63,029 bases of DNA, taken from positions 1 through 63,029 of the forward strand of contig JAVCCB010000085.1 in NCBI GenBank assembly GCA_030765685.1. The letters are read 5' to 3'. The stretch is from Candidatus Tantalella remota. GTDB taxonomy: Bacteria; Omnitrophota; Gorgyraeia; Tantalellales; Tantalellaceae. A program made the translations under genes and the position numbers. The number at the start of each line of letters is the position of its first letter. The first letter of the stretch is position 1. Shown here piece by piece: positions 1 through 9,113 of this stretch. The notes under the pieces were generated by a model, which saw only the letters and a program-made list of their open reading frames with translations, made no database searches and was not told the DNA's origin.

Positions 1-53
1 GAATATTCGGTCCCGGTAACCAGATACAGGCTGTTATTTATTATTTTATCCAT
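1..53 (-). CDS. 5' end of a thiamine-pathway gene, probably thiamine-phosphate synthase (ThiE-like); runs off the window
   Basis: ATG at 53 reads MDKIINNSLYLVTGTEY. SLYLVT resembles the ThiE N-terminus, and the gene lies directly downstream of a TPP riboswitch. Confidence 0.5.
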   Translation of the reverse strand, partial: MDKIINNSLYLVTGTEY

Positions 54-80
54 AAAAAAACCCCGCGCTGCCGCACAGGG
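54..80 (-). terminator. Intrinsic terminator (riboswitch expression platform)
   Basis: Minus strand CCCTGTGC-GGCA-GCGCGGGG followed by T7, between the aptamer and the ATG. Confidence 0.75.
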
Positions 81-83
81 TCC

Positions 84-236
84 TCACCTCCCTACGCTGG
101 CATTATCCAGCTGCCACAACAATGTTTTTATTGCAGCAGTCCGCCATAGTTTTAGCGATGGCGGATCAGGTTAAACGGGTAATCCGCCTTCAACCGGCGG
201 AACTCTCAGAGGCCGTACGCCCTCCCCGGAAACATC
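84..236 (-). ncRNA. TPP riboswitch aptamer with expanded P3 and a 54-nt insertion at J4/5
   Basis: Minus strand shows GGGGAG...CTGAGA...ACCCG..AACCTGAT[54 nt]CTGGATAATGCCAGCGTAGGGAG, i.e. all hallmark TPP motifs. Confidence 0.88.
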
Positions 237-389
237 TGTCACAACTGATTAGACCATATATCCTTAAGGGTGTCAATATCTATGTAAAAGGCCCGAAACA
301 GTAGTTTTTTATGGTATTTGGGAGGGCTTTTATATATAATCATTAGACAATAAACATATGACAACAAGGTCATATGAAAAGGAGCAATC

Positions 390-1922
390 ATGAATCTAAG
401 CATATGCAGTAAATGTAAAAAAACCGTACCTGTTGACCATAAACAGGAGAACGGAAAAGAATATCTTGTAAAGAAATGTCCGGAATGCGGCGAAACTACC
501 GAACTTGTCTCTAACGACTCATCTCAGTACAACAGAAAACGCGACGCGATGAGCGGTGAGGATTATCCCGGCTGTTCTATGAACTGTCTTCAATGCACTC
601 ACAGGCTTCCGAATATCGTCTTTATCGAGACTACCAACCGCTGTAACATGAACTGCCCTATCTGCATCACGAACGTACCTTCGATGGGTTTTGAATTCGA
701 ACCAAAAATGGAATATTTTGAGAAGATATTCAAGCATTACTCGCAGTTCGAGTTCCCGCCTTCAATACAGCTTTTCGGCGGAGAACCTACGATGCGCGAC
801 GACATCTTCGATGTCATCAACCTGGCGAAATCCTACGAACTCTCAGTCAGGCTCGTCACCAACGGTCTGAAGATGGCCGACGAAGCCTATTGCGAAAAAG
901 TTATGTCCTCAGGCGCGGCCGTCCTGATATCTTTTGACGGCCTGAAGCGAGAGATGTACGAAGCCCTCCGCGCTTCCGGATCGTATCTCGACATCAAGAC
1001 AAAAGCATTGGAAAACATCTCAAAACGCAAAAGTGGTAAAGTCGTCCTTATGACGGTAATGGACAAAAACATGAACGGCGAAGATATGCCGCTGTTCCTG
1101 GATTACTGCTTAAAACATCCGCGGACGGTACGCGGGATCTTTCTCATGCCGCTTGCCCATGTATGGTCGGAGAACCGGCTTGATTATAAACCTGAAAGGA
1201 CGACGCCGGAAGACGTCGAAAAGATAGTGGATGATTCTGTTGAAGGCGATGTAGAGTTCATCCCGCTCGGAGCTATGAACTTTAAGAACCTGGCCAGGAT
1301 ATTCAAAATAAAGAACATGCCTTTCGTGGGCGTTCACCCCAACTGCGAAAGTTTTACTTTACTTATGTCCAACGGCGAAAAATACATATCTTTTAACACT
1401 TATCTTAAGTACGACGCCCTATCATGGGTCAATGATATAAGAAAAGTCGACGGCAAAGGCAAGCGGTACCTCGAAAAACCCACAGGAGCCTGGGGAAAAG
1501 CCCTTCTGTCGCTTTCCGTGGCGGGCATTTTTATCAAACACGCTAACATGGGCGCTATAGTCGGCGCCAAAGGGTTTCAGGCGTTCTGGAAATGGATGCG
1601 GTTCTTCGGATCGCTTCTCACGGGAAAGAAGTTCAAGGACGTCCTTAAGGAGCAGACCCGGATAAAAGGCATCCTGCAGGTGCTCTTGCTCCCGTTCGAG
1701 GACGACTGTACGATAGAAAGCGAACGGCTTGAAAAATGTTCCTCCTGTTTCGCCTACATAGACACAGCCACTGACAGTATAAGAAATATCCCCTTCTGTA
1801 TCTGGGAAAAGTACAAGAACGTCATAATGAAAGATATGGCTATAGCCTACAATAAGGACGGGTATACCAAAGGCCTTGAAGGCGAAACAATAAAAACCGG
1901 ACAGGTGGTGGATAATGCTTAA
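390..1922 (+). CDS. Radical SAM protein, Tes/GDGT-MAS (MJ0619)-like
   Basis: N-terminal CSKC...CPECG metal site, CSMNCLQCTH, RS motif CNMNCPIC, GGEPT, and C-terminal HPNC / EKCSSC / IPFC. Confidence 0.75.
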   Translation: MNLSICSKCKKTVPVDHKQENGKEYLVKKCPECGETTELVSNDSSQYNRKRDAMSGEDYPGCSMNCLQCTHRLPNIVFIETTNRCNMNCPICITNVPSMGFEFEPKMEYFEKIFKHYSQFEFPPSIQLFGGEPTMRDDIFDVINLAKSYELSVRLVTNGLKMADEAYCEKVMSSGAAVLISFDGLKREMYEALRASGSYLDIKTKALENISKRKSGKVVLMTVMDKNMNGEDMPLFLDYCLKHPRTVRGIFLMPLAHVWSENRLDYKPERTTPEDVEKIVDDSVEGDVEFIPLGAMNFKNLARIFKIKNMPFVGVHPNCESFTLLMSNGEKYISFNTYLKYDALSWVNDIRKVDGKGKRYLEKPTGAWGKALLSLSVAGIFIKHANMGAIVGAKGFQAFWKWMRFFGSLLTGKKFKDVLKEQTRIKGILQVLLLPFEDDCTIESERLEKCSSCFAYIDTATDSIRNIPFCIWEKYKNVIMKDMAIAYNKDGYTKGLEGETIKTGQVVDNA

Positions 1923-3429
1923 CAGAGACGTGAACGCGCTGTGCCCCAAGTGCAATAAGCAGGTCAAAGGCAGCATATACGAAAAAGACGGAAAAGTGTT
2001 CCTCCGCAAGGAATGCGCCGAAGACGGTATCATCGTAGATATGCTCTCATCTAACGCGCAGCTTTTCCGGGACAGGATGAGCCTGCTTGACCATGCCGCG
2101 CCGAACAAGTGCAGCATGGAGAAGTGCTCTCGCGGTATATTTAACTGCCCGGATCACGTAAGTAAGAAATCACCTCTCGCTTTTATCGAGATCACCACAA
2201 ACTGCAATATGAGATGTCCCGTATGCTACGTGAACGCCGCGGAGAAAGGCCGTGACATGCCTTTTGAGGACATCTGCCGTATCATAGATACCATAGCCGA
2301 CATGGACAAGGACACCCACGTCATCCTTATAGGCGGCGAGCCGACGATACATAAGGATTTTTTCAAGATACTCAAAAAGATCGAGTCGAAGGGGCTGATG
2401 AAAAGAACGTTCATCGCCACTAACGGTATCACGCTTGCCAACAAAGAGTTCTGCAAAAAAGTACAGAACGCGGGGATCAAAAAATTCTATCTGGGTTTCG
2501 ACGGTACCGACCGTGAGGCCTGCGAAAAAATACGCGGGACTTACCTGGCTTACGATTCCGTCAGAAAAGCACTCGAAAACATACGCGAGAACGGAAAAGC
2601 GTGGATCATACTATCGATAACCGCGGTCCGGGATCTGAACGTCGAAGATATCCCCTCGGCGATCGAATTCGCTCTTGATAATTCCGATATAGTAAAAAGG
2701 ATAATGGTCTCACCCGAAGTTTACTGCGGCAGGATAAACGAAAACGACGACCTTTCAGAGAACCGGCTTACCGGCGACTGCATAGAAGATTATCTCAGAA
2801 ACACCCTGGGGATAAAAGTCGCTACGGTATCGATAAGCCTTTTCTTCACGCTCATAAAGCCCCTTAAAAGCATGGGTATCCTCGACTCCGAAAGCTGGAT
2901 GGCGGGTATGCCGAGTCCTTTCTGCGGCCAGATGGGGCTTCTCTGGAAAAAAAACGACGGGAAGTATTTTTCCATCGTGGATTTTCTGGTCAAGAACGCG
3001 GCTGAAAAAGTATATGATCTTGGAAGACGTGCCGGAAAATTCGCAGAAAAAGTAGACCGCGTCAAAACTCGTCTTTCGGGGACAATCGCGGGGCGGATAC
3101 TCTGGAAGGCCACCGTTTACCTGTACTTCATCCCGGCCTATTTCTTCATGATATTCAGCTATCTCAACAAAGGCAACCTCTTCTCCTTTCTCGGAGGGCT
3201 GATAATGGCCGGGTTTAATATAAAAAAGTTTAAGACGGAATTTTTCGGCAGAAAAATAGAACTTTTTTATCTTCTCGGGTCGGATAAGTTCAACTATATC
3301 TGGGACAAGATGCCGTACTGCCTTACGCATCATTACCGCATCCATCCTGATACGAACGAGGTCATAAAGCTGCCGGGTTGTTTTGTTTTTTCTTTCAGGG
3401 AAGAGTTAGAGAAAACCGCCGCGAAGTAA
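1915..3429 (+). CDS. Second radical SAM protein, Tes/GDGT-MAS-like paralog
   Basis: LCPKC...KVFLRKEC, CPDH, RS motif CNMRCPVC, GGEPT, SPFC, PYC...LPGC. Start overlaps the upstream stop. Confidence 0.75.
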   Translation: MLNRDVNALCPKCNKQVKGSIYEKDGKVFLRKECAEDGIIVDMLSSNAQLFRDRMSLLDHAAPNKCSMEKCSRGIFNCPDHVSKKSPLAFIEITTNCNMRCPVCYVNAAEKGRDMPFEDICRIIDTIADMDKDTHVILIGGEPTIHKDFFKILKKIESKGLMKRTFIATNGITLANKEFCKKVQNAGIKKFYLGFDGTDREACEKIRGTYLAYDSVRKALENIRENGKAWIILSITAVRDLNVEDIPSAIEFALDNSDIVKRIMVSPEVYCGRINENDDLSENRLTGDCIEDYLRNTLGIKVATVSISLFFTLIKPLKSMGILDSESWMAGMPSPFCGQMGLLWKKNDGKYFSIVDFLVKNAAEKVYDLGRRAGKFAEKVDRVKTRLSGTIAGRILWKATVYLYFIPAYFFMIFSYLNKGNLFSFLGGLIMAGFNIKKFKTEFFGRKIELFYLLGSDKFNYIWDKMPYCLTHHYRIHPDTNEVIKLPGCFVFSFREELEKTAAK

Positions 3430-3438
3430 CTAACTCAG

Positions 3439-5619
3439 TCATATCCTCTGGAGATCTATCTGGTTAAGTTCCGTATCCACAGAGATCACCCTCACTCTTA
3501 TCTTATCTCCGACGGATACCACTTCATGCGGGTCCTTTACGAATTTATTACTCAGGTTGGATATATGGACGAGGCCGTCCTGATGCACTCCCACATCCAC
3601 GAAAGCCCCGAAATTGGTGACATTGGTAACTTTTCCGAAAAGTTTCATGTCGGGTTTGAGGTCTTCGATCTCCGTCACGTCCTGCTCGAACTCTATGCTG
3701 CTGAACTCTTCGCGCGGATCAAGGCCCGGTTTCTTGAGCTCTTTGATTATATCCTGAAGCGTCGGCAATCCTACCTCATCCGTAACGTACTTTTTCGGGT
3801 TTATCTTTGATATATCGTCGGCGCTACCGATAAGCTTTTCAACTGGCACGCTGATGTCTTCGGCCATTTTCCTCACGATATAATAGCTTTCCGGGTGTAT
3901 CGACGAATTATCAAGAGGCACTTTGCTATTACGTATCCTCAAAAATCCGGCGCATTGCTCGAAAGCTTTGTCTCCGAGCATGAACACTTTTAAGAGATCG
4001 TCTCTTTTCGTGAACGGGCCTTTCTCCTGGCGGTGCTTTACTATTTCCTTGGCCAGTGAAGAACCTATCCCCGCCACGTAAGAAAGCAGTTCTTTTGAAG
4101 ACGTGTTGAGTTCCACGCCTACAAAGTTAACGCATGACTCGACCGACGACTGCAGGGACTTTCTGAGATACGATTGGTTGACGTCATGCTGATACTGCCC
4201 TACTCCGATGGATTTCGGATCTATCTTGACCAGTTCGGACAGCGGGTCCTGGAGACGACGGGCGATGCTTATCGCTCCGCGTACCGTGACATCAAGATCC
4301 GGGAACTCGTCTATAGCCACTTCTGACGCGGAATAAACGGAAGCTCCGGCTTCGGAAACGCTAATGACCTTGGTATCCGCGTAAGGGGTATCTTTTATGG
4401 TCTTCTTTACGAAAGACATGGTCTCCCTTGAGGCGGTACCGTTACCCACGGCTATAAGCTCTGTTTTATATTTTCTTATAAGCTTTAATATGGTTTCCCT
4501 CGAATCCTTAATATACTCCTGCGGCGAATGCGGGAAGATAGGTATATATTCCAAAAAACGGCCGTAATCGTCTATCACTACCACCTTGCAGCCTGACCTG
4601 AACCCGGGATCGACTCCCATTATCACTTTGTGGCCGGCGGGAGACTCCAGAAGAAGGTTTTTGAGGTTTTTCGAGAACACACCTATCGATTCGGCCTCAG
4701 CTTCCTGAAGCCTTTTGGAAAACACCTCAAACTCCAGAGAGACGGCTATCTTGGTATACGCCGCGTCTATCGCGGCCCACATGCCTTCTATCAGGACAAA
4801 GGTCTTGTCAGTAACGGCGCGCGACGATATATAGCTTACCGCTTCCTCTTTATCCAGCTCCAGCTTCCAGGATATCACCTTTTCGGTGGAGCCCCTTCTT
4901 ATCGCGAGCAGCCTGTGAGCCGGCACGTCCTTGATATATTCGCGTGAATTATAATATTTTTCGAATTTGGATTTTTGCCCGTCCCATGCTTTCCGAACTT
5001 TCGTGACTATCACTCCCTGTTTCTCGAACAGGTCCCTGAGCTTGCCGCGAATCTCGGCGTTCTCCGCGATAAATTCCGCCACTATATCGACGGCTCCGGC
5101 AAGGGCGTCTTCGGGCGTCTCCACTCCTTTTCCGGGATCGACAAAAGCGTTCAGTATCTCCTCGCGAGTCTTGTCGGTCTCCTCCTGCTTTACGATGATA
5201 CCCGCGAGCGGACCCAGCCCCTTCTCCCGGGCGAGAGAGCCTTTAGTGTTCTTCTTGGGTTTGTACGGAAGGTACAGGTCTTCAAGGAGGTTCTTATCCC
5301 TGCATTTTATGATCTTGTCTTTAAGCGCGGGATTAAGCTTGCCCTGGGAATCTATTGTGTTAAGGATAGTTTCTTTGCGTTTTTCAAGGTCGGCGTAATA
5401 ATGCAGCTTCTCCTCTATGGCGCGTATTTTCCTTTCGTCCAGGCCGCCGGTCTTCTCTTTTCTGTATCGGGAGATAAAAGGCACGGTACCTCCCGAGAGC
5501 AAAAGCTCGACGGTGCTCACTACGGGACCCACCTCGATGGAAAGGTCTTCTGTTATATTCCTGTATATGGAAGAGGAATCAGGAGTGTATACGCTCTTTT
5601 TAACGGTGTCAACGCTCAC
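3439..5619 (-). CDS. tex: Tex RNA-binding transcription accessory protein
   Basis: TVPFISRYRKEKTGGLDE, GVDPGFRSGCK, KSIGVGQYQHDV, and a C-terminal S1 domain (FGAFVDVGVHQDGLVHIS). Confidence 0.95.
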   Translation of the reverse strand: MSVDTVKKSVYTPDSSSIYRNITEDLSIEVGPVVSTVELLLSGGTVPFISRYRKEKTGGLDERKIRAIEEKLHYYADLEKRKETILNTIDSQGKLNPALKDKIIKCRDKNLLEDLYLPYKPKKNTKGSLAREKGLGPLAGIIVKQEETDKTREEILNAFVDPGKGVETPEDALAGAVDIVAEFIAENAEIRGKLRDLFEKQGVIVTKVRKAWDGQKSKFEKYYNSREYIKDVPAHRLLAIRRGSTEKVISWKLELDKEEAVSYISSRAVTDKTFVLIEGMWAAIDAAYTKIAVSLEFEVFSKRLQEAEAESIGVFSKNLKNLLLESPAGHKVIMGVDPGFRSGCKVVVIDDYGRFLEYIPIFPHSPQEYIKDSRETILKLIRKYKTELIAVGNGTASRETMSFVKKTIKDTPYADTKVISVSEAGASVYSASEVAIDEFPDLDVTVRGAISIARRLQDPLSELVKIDPKSIGVGQYQHDVNQSYLRKSLQSSVESCVNFVGVELNTSSKELLSYVAGIGSSLAKEIVKHRQEKGPFTKRDDLLKVFMLGDKAFEQCAGFLRIRNSKVPLDNSSIHPESYYIVRKMAEDISVPVEKLIGSADDISKINPKKYVTDEVGLPTLQDIIKELKKPGLDPREEFSSIEFEQDVTEIEDLKPDMKLFGKVTNVTNFGAFVDVGVHQDGLVHISNLSNKFVKDPHEVVSVGDKIRVRVISVDTELNQIDLQRI

Positions 5620-7118
5620 TTTATCTTACGCGCTCCCGGTAGAACGGCCTCGATCACCTTCGGCATCTGGCCATAAATATTCTGGTAGATATCGTTAAAC
5701 CTGTCTTTTCCGCCGGCGAACTCGAACGCGAGGGGCATTGCCTCTTTCGCGCGGGCGGTCATCATCCGGGATATGTTCTGTATATCCCACTGCGCGTGGG
5801 CGTCTTCCCGGAGCCGTGATATGTGATAGAGTTCCCTCGCGTTAACCTTAATAAGCACCCTTTTTCTGTGCGCATTCGTGAGAATATACGGCGCCGCTAG
5901 GGGACTTTCCTTTCTTATCTTCTCGTACACCTCAACCGTTTTGTCGGCTATCTCGCGAAAATACGGTTCCATTCCGATCTCTTTTACCGATTCGGGAACG
6001 GTTATGCCCAAAGAAGGATCATATTCCTGCGATGTTATCGTCGCCATGCGATGCCTTTTAAGCTGGCCGAAACAAGCGGACGAAAGGACTATATTGAACG
6101 TCAGGTTCGCGTACTCGAACTCCCTCAACATGGAATCATAAAACTGCATGTTGCGCCAAGCCACCTTAAAGATCTCCTTTTTCTGGTCTTCCAGCATACC
6201 CTTCACCGCGACTTTACACTGGTCATAAGAAAGATCCGACGAGACATGTAAGAGCGACGCGGAGAGAAGGTCATCGCCTTCCGGCGTATACTCTACAAGT
6301 TCCACTTCCCCCACCTCTCCGGCGGACGGTTCAACCGTCAGTTTAGCGGCGAGTTCCTTGAGTTCCGGATATGTCAAAAGGTCCCTGTCGTTAGCTTCGT
6401 TAAAAATAACCACCGACGGAGCGACTTCGGATACTTCCCGGTAAAGCGCTCTACCGAGCTCTTTCACTTCGGCGAGCGGATGCGACGCGAACCTCCTCAG
6501 AAGAAGTTCCATATTACGCGCGTTTATCGTCTGACCTACCTGGGCTTCGGTGGCAAGAGCCGTAATATACCTGGCGTCCTCTTTAGCCCAGCCTTCGAGC
6601 ATATTATGTTTTTTTGGATCGGTGGCAAGATCGGAAAATTTTTCGAATACGTGTTTTTGCAGTTTTTGCAAAAGCTTCGCATACGCTTCATTCTGCAGGC
6701 GCACCATGCCTGTGAAGTCCTTCTCAAGCGAGGTACCTTTTATCTCGGCGGGAACGACAAAATCCTTATCGAGGGTTATATATCTCTGAGATTTTTCCGT
6801 ATAGGCGCACAGGCGGAACTTCTCCACTTCTTCCATCACTAGTCGCGATACCCCGATTATGTCCAGATTGAAGACCGCGTGTTCGGCGACGGAATGATGC
6901 CCCATCTTGAATATTATGCTCGTGTTGGATCTGCGGGACTTTTTCACTTCCTTCCGGGCGTCTTTTCTTATTTCGTCAATAGGCCTGGGGTCGCGGCTGA
7001 TACGCGCGTATGCCGCCGAGATGACTTCAGGAGTTATATCTTCCCTCTTGCCCGCCTTATCTTCAAGTTCCTTCAGAACCGACGTATCGACATTGTATCC
7101 TGCTAAACTTACTTTCAT
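5616..7118 (-). CDS. thyX: FAD-dependent thymidylate synthase with tandem ThyX domains
   Basis: GHHSVAEH, EKSQRY and EDARY in domain 1; QLKRHR and LREDAHAQWDI in domain 2; 500 aa. Confidence 0.85.
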   Translation of the reverse strand: MKVSLAGYNVDTSVLKELEDKAGKREDITPEVISAAYARISRDPRPIDEIRKDARKEVKKSRRSNTSIIFKMGHHSVAEHAVFNLDIIGVSRLVMEEVEKFRLCAYTEKSQRYITLDKDFVVPAEIKGTSLEKDFTGMVRLQNEAYAKLLQKLQKHVFEKFSDLATDPKKHNMLEGWAKEDARYITALATEAQVGQTINARNMELLLRRFASHPLAEVKELGRALYREVSEVAPSVVIFNEANDRDLLTYPELKELAAKLTVEPSAGEVGEVELVEYTPEGDDLLSASLLHVSSDLSYDQCKVAVKGMLEDQKKEIFKVAWRNMQFYDSMLREFEYANLTFNIVLSSACFGQLKRHRMATITSQEYDPSLGITVPESVKEIGMEPYFREIADKTVEVYEKIRKESPLAAPYILTNAHRKRVLIKVNARELYHISRLREDAHAQWDIQNISRMMTARAKEAMPLAFEFAGGKDRFNDIYQNIYGQMPKVIEAVLPGARKIK

Positions 7119-7270
7119 GGGTGTTCCGTCCTTATAGTATTATCTACGCGATAAGTAATTAAAATCTGTGGAATAACCGCCGCCTGAGGCGGTAACATCC
7201 TCATAATATCATATACATCCTTAAATATTCAATAACTTATTGGGCGCACCCTTTTGGGAACAATTCGTAA

Positions 7271-7391
7271 TGCCAAATGACAAAATCCAAATAACAAATG
7301 AAATCCAAATAACTAAATCCAAAAGGAGCAGTGTTTTTCGGATTTAGGATTTAGTAATTCTTTTGGGTTTTGGGCTTTGGATTTTGGATTT
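7271..7391. repeat. Heptamer-based inverted-repeat element, copy 1
   Basis: Left arm of AAATCCA/CAAATGA-type units, right arm of TTGGATT/TTGGGTT units. Confidence 0.75.
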
Positions 7392-7577
7392 ATGCTTTAA
7401 TTAACCGGATTTATGCTTCCGCCAAGTTGCTATAGCATTCCGCCATATCCTCATGGACAGCTGCTCTGAAAGAGAGACTTACGAGATTGCCGTGTTTGTG
7501 TTGATTTTAAGCACGTTATACATTACACTATATTCATTAGATAAAACTCCTAACTTACCAACAAAATATGGTGACTT

Positions 7578-8015
7578 ATGAAAAAACTGCTGCTAATTAT
7601 TCTATTATTTTCCGTCTGCGCTACTATCTCGGCCGCCTATGAAGTAAAACGCACACCTGAGGGTGAACAGGTCGTTTTAGATGAATACAGGGCATTGACC
7701 GTGTTCAGGGACGAGGCCATCGGGGTAGACGATATAATCTGCGCGTACCTGGACTCTTCACATCTGGAAAAAGAAGGATTCAACATCGCGGAATGGTACT
7801 ATCTGCGCGAGATGGATGAAAATGATGTAACTATAGCGCTCGAAAAACTGAATTTGAGGCTCCCTTCGTTCGCAGGCGCTAACGAAGACGTCTCGACCTT
7901 TACCGTACCCGTCAGGGGCAAAACAGAAAAAACAGGTGTTTTCCGGGTTCACGGTATAACTGTCAGCATAACCGTGTCAGATAATGGTAACCTCTCCGCG
8001 AAGATAGCGGAATAA
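7578..8015 (+). CDS. Hypothetical secreted protein
   Basis: Signal peptide MKKLLLIILLFSVCATISA, upstream GGTGA RBS, 145 aa, no recognisable family. Confidence 0.7.
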   Translation: MKKLLLIILLFSVCATISAAYEVKRTPEGEQVVLDEYRALTVFRDEAIGVDDIICAYLDSSHLEKEGFNIAEWYYLREMDENDVTIALEKLNLRLPSFAGANEDVSTFTVPVRGKTEKTGVFRVHGITVSITVSDNGNLSAKIAE

Positions 8016-8058
8016 AACTGAGTTTAGATATTATACCCGCTACTCCTTCCCATCGTTG

Positions 8059-8237
8059 AAATCCAAATGACAAAATCCAAAACCCAAATGAAATTCAAAA
8101 TCCAAATGATAAAACACATAAAACCGAAAAAAATTACTGTTTACCGATTAGTACCATTATAGATAAAAATAGAAATGCATATTTTGAATTTAATGATTTG
8201 GGTTTATTTTGAATTTTGGGCTTAGAATTTTGGGTTT
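8059..8237. repeat. Heptamer-based inverted-repeat element, copy 2
   Basis: AAATCCAAATGACAAAATCCAAAACCCAAATG... / ...TTTTGGGCTTAGAATTTTGGGTTT, with a longer spacer than copy 1. Confidence 0.75.
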
Positions 8238-8310
8238 ACACTCTAATCCCGGGAATCTGTTTACAGTTTACCGTTTACAGTTCACTAACTAGCGCCCAAG
8301 AACTGGTTAT

Positions 8311-8655
8311 TTACTCCTGTATCTCAATGTCGCGAATGTACAACCCCTTGCCTTTCTCCGTAGCTATAGCCTGCTCTCCACATAAGGGACAATTGAATTT
8401 GCTTTTTTCGTATTCAAAAGTCTTATCGCACTTTTCGCATTTAAGACGCGCTCTCTCCGAACTAACCACAAGTTCCGCGTTCTCCGCGAGCGTACCTTTT
8501 GTGAGGTCTTCAAAATAAAGTCTTATCGATCCTTCTTCAAGCCCTGAAAGTTCGCCCATGACAAGGGCTATTCTGGTTATTTTCGCCGCGTTATTGCTTT
8601 CGGCGGCCAGGACCGCCTGTTTTACTACCGCCTCCACTATGTGATATTCATGCAT
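8311..8655 (-). CDS. hypA: Hydrogenase maturation nickel metallochaperone HypA
   Basis: MHE start and CEKC...CPLCG zinc site. Confidence 0.95.
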   Translation of the reverse strand: MHEYHIVEAVVKQAVLAAESNNAAKITRIALVMGELSGLEEGSIRLYFEDLTKGTLAENAELVVSSERARLKCEKCDKTFEYEKSKFNCPLCGEQAIATEKGKGLYIRDIEIQE

Positions 8656-8911
8656 CGCAAAACACTTCCTCCTTTTGTCCCTGTACAGGGCCGGCGTACC
8701 GGCTGTCCATGTTCAGGCACTTTTTGGGGCAGTTCTCCACACAGGCTCCGCAAAAAATACACCTTCCCCTGTCGATCCGCCATGTCTTCTCATCCTTTTC
8801 TACCGTGATAGCTCCCGGCGGACATTTCCTCTGACATACCCCGCAAAAGATACAGTTCTTTACCTCTATGGAAATACTGCCGCGGGTGTTCTTATAAAAA
8901 GGACGCGACGG
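8648..8911 (-). pseudogene. echF: EchF-like 2x[4Fe-4S] subunit lacking its 5' end
   Basis: Frame not in the ORF track: PSRPFYKNTRGSISIEVKNCIFCGVCQRKCPPGAI...CIFCGACVENCPKKCL, no start codon, stop overlaps hypA start. Confidence 0.8.
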
Positions 8912-9083
8912 GGAAATACTGTATTTCTTTATGAAATGTCGTAAAGAGAAGTGTTATCGCGCCGAGTCCGATGACGAGCGACGATACCCTGACCACGGCA
9001 CTGCGCCATTTGTCGCTCTTCCGCGGCAGAAGCACTGCTGCCGCGGCGAGCGGGAACACTATGAGGAAGACTAATATCTGCAT
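8892..9083 (-). pseudogene. echA: N-terminal fragment of an EchA/NuoL-like membrane subunit
   Basis: MQILVFLIVFPLAAAAVLL...VVRVSSLVIGLGAITLL gives two TM helices like the EchA N-terminus, then runs out of frame into echF and stops at 63 aa. Confidence 0.65.
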
Positions 9084-9113
9084 TTTAAGGCATGTTATGA
9101 CAAAATAACCGGA

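Noticed and set aside
122-304. 60-aa plus-strand ORF
   Set aside because: Antisense to the TPP riboswitch, with no coding features.
7395-7520. Possible gene remnant downstream of repeat copy 1
   Set aside because: No frame gave a recognisable protein.
7271-8237. Repeats as a CRISPR array or IS ends
   Set aside because: No constant repeat-spacer periodicity and no transposase; the arms are degenerate 7-mers.
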